NCBI GenBank assembly: GCA_045837725.1
Contig: JBEWZL010000239.1
Coordinates: forward strand, 248,001 to 312,000
DNA length: 64,000 nt
Source: Vermamoeba vermiformis
Taxonomy: Eukaryota
Direction: 5' to 3'
Shown: positions 10,806-23,787 of the stretch, piece after piece
Numbering within the stretch: position 1 is the stretch's first letter
Layout of the letters: every line of letters starts with the position of its first letter
Translations under genes and position numbers: made by a program
The notes under the pieces: generated by a model
The model's input: only the letters and a program-made list of their open reading frames with translations
Databases searched by the model: none
What the model was told of the DNA's origin: nothing

Positions 10806-13534
10806 ATGAAGACCACAACAAGAACTGCACTATTACTCGTCTTCGCTCTATGCTTCGGCGCGATCTGTGGTCAAGGATCCATCGACTGGGCAACCCTGAC
10901 TGCTGAACAATTAAGCCAACTCTCGCCGGATTCTTTTAAGACAATTACGGCCGCTCAATTAGGATCGATCCCAGCAGCGGTAAGTCTCACGAAATTCATT
11001 TTCTTAAATCCGAAAAATCGTACAAAAATGTACCAAATTTTATTTAGTATGCTAAACGTGAGGATCTAACGAGAACAATAGGCTTGCCAAGGGTTTTCAT
11101 TTTCTCAGGTGACTGCTTTACCAGTAGCAGCCGCGTTAGGCCTCACATCCGCTTGTCTCGCCCAATTCCCATCCGGGAGTCCCGGTGCCTGCGCTGGCTT
11201 TTTAGCGGAGTTTATTGGCGCAATGTCCCCGCAAGCATTTGCAGGCTGGCGTTCTCCCTGCATCGCAGACCTTCCTAACACCGCCTTCTCGCAAGTTACC
11301 GCTGCGCAAATGGCTGACCTCGACGTCTCCGTGTGCGGCACGTTCACGAGCGGACTCACAGCCAACTTCAATCCCGCGAGCGCTAGTGGCATCAAAGCTG
11401 CTTGCATCTTCCAACTGTCGCACACGGAGGATGGCCTCGGTGGCTGTTCAGGTTTGCAGCCTAACTTCATCGCAGCGATCAGCCCTCAAGCGTTTAGTGG
11501 CTGGACTGCTGGGTGCACTAGCATGTTGTCGCCAGATTCTTTCTCACGAGTCACCAGCGAGCAGTGGACTTACATCACTGCATCAGCATGCAGCGGGTTC
11601 AAGTCTAACACTGTCGCCAAATTCAACGCTACAAGTGGCAGTGGCATGCCAGCTGCTTGTCTCGCGCAATTCACGCACACTTCTGATGGCCTCGGAGGCT
11701 GCTCAGGCTTCATGGCGCCTTTCGTCAGCAGCCTCAGCCCAGCTGCTTTTGCGGGCTGGACCGCCGGCTGTACGAACATGTTGAACCAACAGGCCTTTTT
11801 TCAAGTCACAGCCGAGCAGTGGGCTGCGATTAATGCCACAGCGTGCAGCGGATTCAAGAGCACTACTGTCGCTAACTTCAATCCGGCAGGAGCTGCGGGC
11901 GTGCAAACGGACTGTCTCTTCCAATTCAGTGCAACGACTGACGGTCTCGGCGGCTGTTCTGGTCTCAAGGCAGCTTTCGTTGCTGGGCTAACACCTAAAG
12001 GATTCAGCGGCTTTGCATTAGAGTGCATCTCCATGGCTCCTTCAGACACCTTTTCACAAGCCACCAGTGAACAGTTGGCGGCACTTGATCCTGCTGCGTG
12101 TGGTGGCTTTAAAAGCACTCAAGTGAACCAATTCCCCGTCTCGGCAGCGCCTGGCATTAAGTCAGACTGCTTTGCCGCGTTCTCTGCTACAACGGAAGGC
12201 TTGGGCGGATGCAGCGGTCTAGCTCCTGCGTTCGTCGGTGCCATGACACCTGCTGCATTTTCAGGATTCAGAGGAGCGTGCGCCAGTGTGGTTCCGACGA
12301 ATATCTTCACGGCCATCAACAGCACACAACTGAACAACATTCCCGAGCGCACTTTTGCAAACTTCAGCACCGTTGCGGTGTCGAACATTCAAGTTCAAGC
12401 ATGGACTGGCGCTACCTCGCAACAGGTTTTGGAACTTACAAGTGACGGATTCGCTGGAGTCTGCGTAGATTGTTTGGGCGTTGTTGTCAACAACCTCAAA
12501 ACGGAGCTCGTCAATCGTCTCACTGTCGCACAGACAGCACTCTACCCGCTCAATTACGCGTCACGTACGATTAACTTACACACTTCTTATGCACGACGAA
12601 GCTAATCAATTTTATAGTTTTCAAGTCGAACATCCCCGCACGAGTCGAGTACTTGACTGAATGGGACACAGTCTCCACGGACTTGGCTACGGCCTCGTGG
12701 CTCAAGATTGCGTTGCTGAAGAAAGGCGACCAAGGTCCCGTGTTCAATGAACAAACACTCAAAGCGCTACCGACTTCAGCCTACGAAGGATTGCGTGCTG
12801 ATCACGTGGATTTGATCGCGGCTGCGGACTTTAAGTTCTTGGTCGGAGCTCAGACTTCGTACCTCACTAACGACACCGTGTCTGCAATCACAGCAGATCA
12901 ATTGCGAGAAATTTCACCTGGTGCTTTCGGAGCTATCTCCGGTTTTGGATTCAGCGGCATCAAGCCGGACGTTATTCCCGCCATCACTGGCCAACAAATC
13001 GTTAACTTGAATGTAAACCAAATCAATGCTTTGGACTGCCTCCAACTGCAAAAATTCACGGTGGAGCAATTGCGTCTTTTAACTGAAACTCAGAAACAAA
13101 TTTACGATACTGACGTAAGCTCTCATATATTGTTATATAGGTAGACCTCGAAATGCTCACGCAGTTTCCTTATTAGTACAAGGCCCGTTGCAATGCCGAT
13201 GCCCCGCCATTTGCTGCCTTGCCGCCTTTCAATTCACCACCACTCGCTGAGACGCCGTTCAGTGAAACACCGTCCTTGGTCAATGCACCGGCCAATGGCA
13301 ATTCACCTTCGTCGAATACCGAGGGACCGGCCGGATCAAAAGAACCCAGTAAGCAATGGGATTTAATTAAATTGTCGGGGGAAAAAGCTAACGAATTTCA
13401 TTGTTTTAGCGGCCGCTAAAGTATTCTTGATCGTGGCTGGGTGTATACTAGCAGTGTTGATTGTCGGTGCTATAATAATGTGGACCATTCGACGCAAGAG
13501 ATCTGATCCAACCCGACAACCTTTAATTGCGTAA
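10806..13534 (+). CDS. Type I membrane surface protein with five 85-aa Cys-containing repeats
   Basis: Signal peptide MKTTTRTALLLVFALCFGAICG. GLGGCSG-type motif recurs every 255 nt (11178, 11433, 11688, 11943, 12198). Pro/Ser stalk, TM helix VFLIVAGCILAVLIVGAIIMW and short basic tail RRKRSD. Confidence 0.85.
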
Positions 13535-13690
13535 ATCTCAAAATTAATAAATATGTACACTTGACTTACTGTCGGCTTAAAAAGACGTCTTTCCTTTTTT
13601 TTGAGCGACCCCGACGAGTTCGCGCCGTGATTTCAGATGCCATTTTTTTTCTATTTCACGACCAGACCTCATGGCGGACCCAAAAGTTTG

Positions 13691-16045
13691 ATGCAACTCG
13701 AAAGGCATACTACTCCTTCCGCCGCAAGTAGCCGCAGGTAGGATACTTTTCATTTATTTTCAAATTCGGCGCCATCTGAAAAATAATTCAAAATAAACCA
13801 AAAATATTTTGCAAGCCGAGTATCACCTCCACGAATAATACCTGATTTTAATATCGCAATAATAACATTTCTTTACAGTTGACTCGCTGCCAAAGAAGCT
13901 AATGATTGCTCCAATTCGTAAACCAACGTAATAATTTAGGTCATAATTTTTACCTTATTATTCGTACAACAGCGATTTCACCCAAAGCACGGAGTTTACC
14001 CCCGCACAAGTCGCAGAACAAGAAATTTATTTTTACACGCTTGAAAATTCCGCGGACTGTGAAGAGGCTATGGAATCACTTGACTCTAGCTCGTTAATTT
14101 CATTATTTCGCGAGCTGAATGATATTTATTTTGGCGAGGATAAAGATCTGACTCAAGACCAGGTAATTTCCAACAAAGCTAATAGATCTCTCGCTGACCG
14201 TTATTATAGCGGGATTTGCTGTTTCCCCAATTACCTTTTTGGGTCGATTACTTGCTCAGCGATACATTCACACAGACAGTAAGCAGCATTGGCGACACTA
14301 TCGAGAACGAATGGATCTTGAACTGTCACGGAGATCTGTGCAAGAGCTTCATTAGGTTTTTAGACGAGGACGGCAGCGTAGTGTATTCGAACAGCGCGAG
14401 GTAGGAATCGATCTCACGATAACTCGATTAACAATTTTGTAGTAACACGACCATCGATGAGGATGCTGCCTTGAAACCTGACCGAGTTTTTGGTTGGAAA
14501 TTTCCGCAATCGTTGTTCCGAAGGGAAATTATACCACCTTGGACCGATAATGTCGATTTCCCTTTTTTAGTAATTGAATGCGAGGCAGAAAAAATTGTCG
14601 GTGTTGGCGACGTGTACGTTCTAGCGAACGATGAATTATGGCTAATATTCTTTTTTTTTTAGATATAAAATGCCAATTTTAGAAGCAAAGGCTTATGAGC
14701 ATCAAGCTAGTTACCTACGCGTTGTCGATATCTCGCAAATGCAGAGTAAGCTCAATGCTTAAGTTTTCTATCGTTCAAAGTCTGAGACCGACTTTAAGGT
14801 ACTATTTGCATGCCACTAATGTTCGGTCTGTACTTCGTGGGCACCAAAGTGCACTTCTCGGTCTATCGCATTGTAAATGGAGAAAAGAGTTACTTCAGTT
14901 TTCCGGGTCTGCATGTTCTTCAAGACCGAAAGAGAATTCTTCGGGTATTCGTCGCGATCAAGGTACGAAAGTGTTTTTTTGCGAACTGATTTATGACACA
15001 CATCGGTAGACTGCTTCTTTGGCGTTGCGCAAGAGCTTCAAGACAATGAAACCACTCAAGCTCAAACCCAAGTCGACGAGCAATAATAACAATGATCATG
15101 GCGAGCGAAGGACCAACCGCAGCAATAGCAACAACACGAGCGTTAAGAAAAAGCCAATCGGCGACCAATTACCACTCCTTGAACTTTATAAAGTACGTTA
15201 TGCTTATTCCTGCTTCAGTACTGAGTGACGATACAGAGCGACAAAACTCATGTGACGGCGTTCTTCGACAAGGAAATTGGACGCTATGTAGTATGGAAAG
15301 TCACTTCTAAATTTGAAGGCACGCGCGAGGCTACCGTTTTGTTGGATTGTTTGCGCGATGTAGAATTTGCTCCAAAGCTGCTTGACATAAAAAATGTCTC
15401 GGACAAACAAATCATGTTGAAGATGACCTTTGAGGACGGTGTTCATCCACTCCACTTCGCTACCGAAGCAGAGTTGAAACTTTTTCTAAGAGCCTTCCTT
15501 GGCGTGAGTAAAACCATCTTTCATAATCCATTCTAACAAGTGCAGACGGTCCACGCATTGCATCAACGCGGAGTCGTCCATAACGATCTTAAAGAACGAA
15601 ATGTCTTGTGGCAGTCAGACACGAAGACCGTTACACTGCTCGACTTTGGCTGTGCAACACAGTTTCCCGGTCGCACCGCCATTTACACTCGCGGATATCG
15701 TGCACCTGAAATTGTTAAAACTCCGGCGAGTGATGTCTACAGCATCGGTGTCATATTAATTAATCAAGTAAGTCCAGCAGATGCAAAGGTGTAAATATCT
15801 AATGTTCGCAGATGTTTGGCGTTCGAATTCGTGATTCAAATATCGTGACGAAGCTTATTCAATGCCGAAACTTCGGAGACGTCAAAAAGTGGCGCGCGCA
15901 GTTAAGCAGATTAAACTCGGAAATTAAAACCGAGTGGTTTTGGAGTCGAGAAGGATTCGATTTGGCGAAGAAGATGGTTGATTTGTCCCCCGACACGAGA
16001 ATTGACATTATGTCAGCCTTGCAGCATAGTTATTTGGTCAAATAA
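13691..16045 (+). CDS. Protein kinase with an N-terminal restriction-endonuclease-like domain (Crinkler/FunK1-like architecture); 5' end uncertain
   Basis: Kinase motifs VVWK, HNDLKERN, DFG, TRGYRAPE, SDVYSIG. Upstream exons give KPDRVF..FPFLVIECE..GDVYKM..FGLYFVGTKVHFSVYR. Confidence 0.75.
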
Positions 16046-16077
16046 TACGGGGCGAGATTGACTGGGGCTAGGTCTCT

Positions 16078-16236
16078 GCTCTACTTGACAATCCGAACCT
16101 CGCGAACTCTCGTCATTGTTACATACGATGAAGGTTACACCAACTCCGCGCACAAGGTCTATACGCTGCTCGTCGGTCACGCCGCAGAAGGAGTTCCAGC
16201 TGGAGACCGCGATACGATCATTACTCACTGAAAACA
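16078..16236 (+). pseudogene. Frameshifted relic of a phosphoesterase-family (acid phosphatase/PLC-type) gene
   Basis: ALLDNPNLA / TLVIVTYDEGYTNSAHKVYTLLVG..PAGDRD / YDHYSLKT, read across two frameshifts. No start codon or N-terminal part. Confidence 0.65.
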
Positions 16237-16505
16237 AGCAGATCAGCCACAAGGCAAACAGCAGGCTTCTCAGAACAATGAATGGAAGCAGCGAAGCGGT
16301 TGCACGTGGCGCATTGCCGGACGGTGGAGCGAAAACAGGAATGAATTTCGATGAAAACTCCAAGAGATTTAACCGGAATTTAACCATTCTTGGTTTCAGA
16401 AATTTTGACCTCGTTTGACTGCCAAAATGAAAAGCTTCTCGCGTTGTGGGTTCATTCGCTGTTTTTTGTTCATACTAGAGAAGTCGTAACTTAACCCTGC
16501 TCAGA

Positions 16506-18840
16506 ATGTCAACCGAAAGCACTGAAACCTTTGCCTTCCAGGCCGAGATCAACGAGTTGATGTCCCTGATCGTCAACGCGTTCTACTCAAACAAAGAAAT
16601 CTTTTTGCGAGAGTTGATTTCTAACGCTTCTGACGTAAGTACCGCTCGGACAAATTCATTTTAATTACCTTGCGTTAGTTGCAAAGAGATTTGAAATTCT
16701 TTCCTTTTATTCTTAAAAGACCAATAACTCATTCTTACCGTCGGTTAGGCTTTGGACAAGATTAGATACCTCTCTCTTCAAGACAAGTCCGTCTTGGACA
16801 GCGAGCCCGAGCTCAAAATCCAGTTGATCGCTGACAAGGAAAACAAGCAGCTCATCATCCGCGATACTGGTATTGGTATGACTAAGGGCGACTTGGTCCA
16901 CAACTTGGGTACTATTGCTCGTTCTGGTACCAAGGACTTTATGCAAGCCATTCAACAAGGCCAATCCGATGTTAGCATGATCGGTCAATTCGGTGTCGGC
17001 TTCTACTCCGCCTACTTGGTTGCCGACAAGGTCACCGTTATCACCAAGAACAACGAGGACTCTCAGTAAGTATTTTAGTTTTTACTCAATTTTTTTTGGA
17101 TTTGATCCCAAATCAAAGATTCGTAATGACGTCACTATGACGCAACCTACTTCCAAAATAAGAAACTAATCCCAATAATTTTTTAGATACATTTGGGAGT
17201 CTGAAGCCGGTGGTCACTTCACTATTCGCCCCGACACTTCTGGCGAGAGCCTCGGTCGTGGTACCAAGATCATCCTTTCCATGAAGGAGGATCAACTCGA
17301 ATACTTGGAAGAGCGCAAGATTGAAGACTTGGTCAAGAAGCACTCCCAATTTATTCAATACCCCATTGACCTCATGACCACCAAGGAAGAAGAGAAGGAG
17401 GTCGAGGAAGAAGAAGAAAAGAAGGAAGACCAAGAAAAGAAGGAAGACGAGCCTAAGATCGAGGAGGTCGACGAGAAGAAGGAGAAGAAGACCAAGAAGA
17501 TCAAGGAAGTCAAGAAGGAATGGAAGCTCTTGAACAAGACCAAGCCCATCTGGTTGCGCAACCCCTCCGAAGTCACCAAGGAAGACTACGTTGCCTTCTA
17601 CAAGGGTTTGACCAACGACTGGGAAGACTACCTCTCCGTTAAGCACTTCTCCGTTGAGGGTTCCCTCGAATTCAAGGCCATCTTGTTCGTGCCTCGCCGC
17701 GCTCCTATGGATCTCTTCGAGAGCAGAAAGAAGATGAACAACATCAAGCTCTACGTTCGCCGTGTCTTCATTATGGACAACTGCGAAGAGTTGATCCCCG
17801 AATGGCTCAACTTCATGAAGGGTGTCGTCGACTCTGAGGACTTGCCCCTCAACATCTCTCGTGAGACTTTGCAACAAAACAAGATCTTGAAGGTCATCCG
17901 CAAGAACCTCGTCAAGAAGGCCCTCGAGCTCTTCGCTGAAATTGCTGACAACAAGGAGGACTACAAGACCTTCTACGAATCCTTCAGCAAGAACCTCAAG
18001 TTCGGTGTTCACGAAGACTCCACTAACAGAAACAAGCTCGCCGAGTTGCTCCGCTTCTACTCTTCCAAGTCTGGTGATGAGTTGACTTCTCTCAAGGACT
18101 ACGTCACTCGCATGAAGGAGGGTCAAAAGAACATCTACTACATCACTGGTGAGAGCCGTCAAGTCGTCGAGAACTCGCCTTTCATTGAGACCCTCAAGCG
18201 CAAGGGCTACGAAGTCTTGTACATGACTGACCCCATTGACGAGTACGCCATGCAACAACTCAAGGACTTCGAAGGCAAGAAGTTCATGTGCGTCACCAAG
18301 GAAGGCCTCCAAATGGAAGAGACCGAAGAAGAGAAGAAGAAGGCTGAAGAAGAGAAGCAAGCCAACGAGAACTTGTGCAAGACCGTTAAGGAAATCTTGG
18401 GCGACAAGGTCGAGAAGGTTACCGTCTCTAACAGAATCGTTCACTCTCCTTGCGTCATCGTCACTGGTGAATTCGGCTGGTCCGCTTATATGGAACGCAT
18501 CATGAAGGCTCAAGCCCTCCGTGACAACAGCATGTCCACTTACCTCATCTCCAAGAAGACCTTGGAACTTAACCCCACTCACCCCATCGTTGAGAAGCTC
18601 AAGGCTAAGGTTGAGGCTGACAAGAACGACAAGACCGTCAAGGATTTGGTCTGGTTGCTCTTCGAGACTGCTCTCCTCGTCTCTGGTTTCACCCTCGAGG
18701 ATCCTTCCACCTTCGCTAGCCGCATTCACAGAATGATCAAGCTCGGCTTGAGCATCGACGAAGACGACACCGTTCCTAAGGAGGAAGAGTTGCCCGCTTT
18801 GGAGACCAACGAAGCCTCAAAGATGGAGGAAGTCGATTAA
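16506..18840 (+). CDS. HSP90: Cytosolic heat shock protein 90
   Basis: [66 protein letters not shown] and C-terminal MEEVD. Two introns. Confidence 0.99.
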
Positions 18841-19068
18841 AACCCTTGTTGTATAATGTCTAAATCAACATTTTTGTGTAATTAGTTGATCGGAGCTTTT
18901 TATACAAATAAACTATAAGAGTTTTTGTATAATTCCAGTCTATTTGCATTACTCGACGCGAAGTGGCAGCGCGAACTTGTATCGCGACCTGTCTTCCGTG
19001 CTGAGAATAGAAACTTTCTCGTAAGTTTGAATTCGCTCTTAGTTTGATTTGGTGTTTATTTTATCGGG

Positions 19069-22000
19069 TTAAGTGCAGAATGGGAACAAAGACATGCTCT
19101 CTTTGAATTGATCGATGTCCTTAATATTAACTACGGTTTCTTCAGGTTTTTCTGGCATAGGGTGCTTGTTGCCGTAAACGTGAACGCTAATCTTGCGACG
19201 TGACTTGGCATCCTTAATGTACTTTTGGTAGAATGACAAGGCGTCGGCAGGAGTAACGGTCTTCAAGATTTCAACTTCTTTAGCGCGTCTATCGAATTGG
19301 TAGTGGTGGAAGCTGATCTCAGTCCAGAACTTCTTCGTCTGTTCAGTCAATTTCGTGGGCTTTTCCAACTTCTTGATCTTCAACGATTCGACGTGGTTTT
19401 CAAACTCTTCTTTAGAAATGTCTTTGATTGCTTTTTCAGCCAATGCGAAGAAGTTTTCAATGCGTGCGTTCAATCCAGCAGGATCTTTGACAGTCGACTG
19501 CACAATAGTTCTGAAGCCAGCAATGCCTTGCGAACTGCGAGTGCCAGACCAAGCGATATAGCCCAACTGTTCTTTCGTTCTCAACGTGTCAAAGAACGAT
19601 TCGCTCAACATTTCAGCGACCAAGTCGAGCAACACGGTCTTCTTCAAGTTGTTCATGGGTGCAATTTGGAACCAGTTGAAAATAGCAGAGTTCTCGTCGT
19701 TCTTGTTGAGGTTCTTCGTTTGATACACGAACTCTTTGCCGTGCGATAACTTCACAATGCGCTGTTGAGTCAGGTGATAAGAGGTGATGGGCTTCGCGTT
19801 GAGAATCGGCTCGAGCTGTTCTACCAGGCCCAACGCCTCCTCGCGTGTCATATTTCCGTGAGCAAGCACTTCCATATGCACGTACTCTAACAAGCGAGGC
19901 AAGAACTCTTGAGTGTCCTTAGCAGTAATATCTAAATATAGCACATTAGCACGGGTGTTGATTATTTTTCACAGATCGGATCTGTTCCGTACCATCAATC
20001 ACGGCAAGTTTTTCTTTAATGCTGCAGCGAGGAGTAACAGTAGTCATGTCGAGGAAGTATCTCGCTTGTGCGTGAGGTTGGTTCTTAGAAAAGTTCTTCA
20101 ATGTTCGGCGCACTTGTTTCTTGAGCACGTCAAAGCGGTCTTGTTTGACGACCAAGTTCTTTAATCGTTCAATGACGCGCTTGATCAACAACGGCAACTT
20201 TTCATTGTAACCCTTGACTGTAATCTAACAACCAGTTAGCACCATTACTTATTAGCTAAAAATAAAGATCTGGATCTCGCAAGTTAAAGTATATTAAAAA
20301 GTGGTCCAGTCCTTAATATTAAGAGTATAGTGTGGTTAGAGTGGGACCTATACTTACTTCCAAGCCTTCATGGTTCTCTTCAATGCTGTAGTCGAGTCCA
20401 GCAATGTCGGCGTAGTACGCGTACTCGTTCAGTGAATCTTGGCACAACATGCCAATCAGTTGAGTCTTGAGCACGTCACTGGGGGACTTGGAGGCAGCAG
20501 GACTATAGTACAATAGCATTAGTATTGTAAGTATCAATTGAACGAGGTTAGAGGCTTGGGATAGGGTATTTTGACACGTGTCAATGTCCAAATAAGGCAA
20601 TACACGACTTACAGAGTGAGCTGCATGAAGAGGTTGGCCTTTGGTCGCTTGAAAGTGCTGTCAATCATGTGCCACACTTTGACAGTCTTGGACTCTTTGA
20701 TCAGCAGTGGTTCAGTCTGAGGGCTCGCGACGTCCTTCAAGGTCAATTGTTGCGGAATAAATTCGTTCTTTGCAGGCAAGGTCAGCTCGGGGTCGATCTC
20801 CTTGATAGATTTCCATTTTTGGATGTAATCAGCGGGAATTTTTTCGTTTTTGTAGTGAGCGTTATACCAGGGCTCGACGGCGTCAGTTTGGCCCTTGAAT
20901 TCTTTAGCAACAAATTGCAACCTAAATAAGGCAATGAGTTAGGAACACGTGCTTGAACGAGTACTCAACGGCTAGACCAATATTCTATAAATATCTCGTG
21001 ATACTTACACCACGTTGTCGGGAGTCAATTGGTCCAAGACACTGCTGATCAGTTCGGGGTTGTATTTCTTGTGCAAGTAAGAGCCAGAAATGACGTCTGA
21101 AATGAACGCAAAGTTTAGTTCGAGTGTCAATAGACATAATTAGCCATATTAATATTTACCTTGAGGTTTGTAGACTTGCATGTCACCGGCCAACTTGAGC
21201 ACGCAGTCCATCGGCTTTTGCATGGACAAATATTGGAATTGGATTTCACCCATGGTTTTCAACTAATAAAAGCTACATTAGTACACATGCACATGATCAA
21301 TATTAATGCCTATAGTCATTGAATAGGCGTTCTATAGTACGTACTTCATTATAGACCCATTCTTGAGGATTGCTTCGCTTCAACAGTTCAATGTATTGGA
21401 AGGCATATTCGACGACTTCGTAGCGATGAGCTGAGATTGAAGTTAGTTACAGGGCTGAGAATAGTGCAATATAGTATAGGACGTACTAAATCCTTCTTCA
21501 GTCAAATCGATGTTGATGCTCATGAACTCAAATTGACGCGTTCTGTTCGTGGGTCCAGCGGACAGTTTGTCGATCCAGCCCTTGCGCTTCAATGCAGCGA
21601 ACAAACTTTCATTGCCTTCATGGCCTAAGAGATGACTAGAAGATATCATAGATTAATCATATGGGTCTATAGTATAGTTAATAAGGGCGTGCCAGGTACC
21701 TCAAGTAGCTGCTGGGCTTTTCTTCGTAAACATCTTGCAACGATTTCATGGGCCAGAACAATTTGACCTGACGCAGTTCTTTGACGGGCACCACGAGCTG
21801 TTGCACTGCTTTGTTCTCATTGGTCAGCGGCCATTCTTGGTACTCGGTCAACTTAATTTCCTTATTTGGAATAGCACTGAAAAGTTCACGGCACCATTTT
21901 TCAAGTTCGTCCAATGACTCTGCAGGAAAAAACAAATATTAATAAAGCTGCAAATATTCAGTGAACCGATAAAGCGAAATAATTTCCGCAATTAACGAGA

Positions 22001-23359
22001 ATTTGAGTGTTTGTTAAGAGGTCACTTTAGGGTACCTTTGCCGAGCACACAGAGCTTCATTACATTAGCGGAATAATGTGCGTTGTACCACTTGATGAGC
22101 TCGTCACGTGTGTTGAGTCCTTGTTTCTTCGGGTCATCGCGCAGTGTTTGCAAATTGCCCGTGCTGAAGCGAGAGAACGGGTGTTTTTTGTTGGTGTTCG
22201 TGCGTACGACTTGTGATAAGCGCCAGTAATCGGAGTTCAAGTTCTTCGAGTTTTCTATAAAAGGAAATTCATTAGGACCGCTGAAACGTGCCTCTCTAGT
22301 TTACACAACAATTTAATGTTTTTAGATCTGACTCCAATCTCATTCCTTTTGAGTTAAAAGGCTACCTTATGGTGCGCGTATAATAATAATAATATTTAGG
22401 TAGTATTAGCTCGTACCAGAATCAACAGCTTTCATTTCGCGGTCCGTGCTGTCAGCGTTGAACAATGGCTCAATGAAAAATTGAGCAAATCTAATAAAAT
22501 AGCGCATTAGTATTATCAAAATAGTATAATAAGGTAGTTTAATATAAGTCGATAATTTTAACTCGTCTGCAAGCAGATCTAACTAAATTAATTTTTGGTT
22601 TTATTTGCGGAGATGTTCGTACCTGTCCAAAGCGCCATATAAGTGATCCTTAGTGATCTCGAAGAAGTAGTTGGTGTCCTCGCTAAATATTGTCCATATT
22701 AGTTGCGATTCAAAAAAGGTAGAAAATTCAGTGTGGACCAAATCCACAATAATTCTCTTTAATTTTGGAGTAATGTTGAACTGTATATTTATACGTACTC
22801 ATCGGTATATGCATTGCTACCTCCACCGTGTTCGCTCAAATATCTTTCGTATTCATTTTCAGACGGATATTTTTTCGATCCCAAAAACAGCATATGTTCT
22901 AATAATTCAAAATTTAGCGATTATGACATATTTATGGATAACTTTAATTTAAGGGAATATTTTTGAAAGAATTTGCAGTCAAATATTGCTTGATAAATAA
23001 ATTGGAAATTTTTCAATTTTTTCTGGTTGATTAAAATTTAGTAATCGTCTTGATTGTAATTACTTACCGCAAAAGTGGGCCAAACCAAGCAGATTATCAG
23101 GCTCTGCAAAGCTGCCAATTCTAACGTCCATAGATGCAGCGGATTTGTCCGTGTCAGGATCTGCAGTAATGGTATTGATTTAAAAATTGCAATTTTACAT
23201 AATAGTAATACATTAATAATATCGATGATATTAAAATACATATAAGGCAATTTTGAGTAAGTTTGTAAGCGTACCCGAAACGCAGAGCACATCCAGCTTG
23301 TTGGGTAGCGTGATGAAGCGATATGATCGCTTATCGCTGGGTGATTTAACAGGCTCCAT
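19069..23359 (-). CDS. IDE: Insulysin / insulin-degrading enzyme (peptidase M16A)
   Basis: [24 protein letters not shown] (inverted HxxEH zinc site), [20 protein letters not shown]. Confidence 0.95.
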
Positions 23360-23787
23360 AGATGATGTTATGAGGATCCGTTGTTCAATGTTGTATTAAA
23401 AATAAATTTGCGTCGAATTCTCTAAAAACCAGACCAAAAGACACGCACTGCAAGCACGTGGCCCAATTGGTTGAACATAGGGATGGTAAGCCATTGGTAC
23501 GTATAGTAATAATAGGAAACGAGAATTCAGGGCATAAAAGAATGGTTTAAATTAATTAATTTGTGGATGCCGAAAGTTGTGGACTCATCTGCTCCCCTTC
23601 GAATCAAGATTCGTATATACTTAAGAAAAGGTGCATAACTCGTATTGCACAAACGAAAACACCAAGAAAGTTTCGAAAGGCGCAAAATGTTCCGCTTTTT
23701 CTTCCGTCAAAACTTTTAGTCATATTTTTTTACCTATTGAAGACGTACACAAGACCTATTTTGTAGTATATTTGTATATTAATATCA

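Noticed and set aside
13671..13740. In-frame TGA-TGC after ATG 13671 (selenoprotein?)
   Set aside because: No SECIS or redox-fold context, and another frame explains the exon.
16260..16500. Heat-shock elements upstream of HSP90
   Set aside because: GAA/TTC words occur, but I found no clean nGAAnnTTCn triple array.
17113..18729. 538-aa antisense ORF over HSP90
   Set aside because: Shadow ORF caused by strong codon bias on the sense strand. The same applies to shadow ORFs over SHMT, insulysin and the surface protein.
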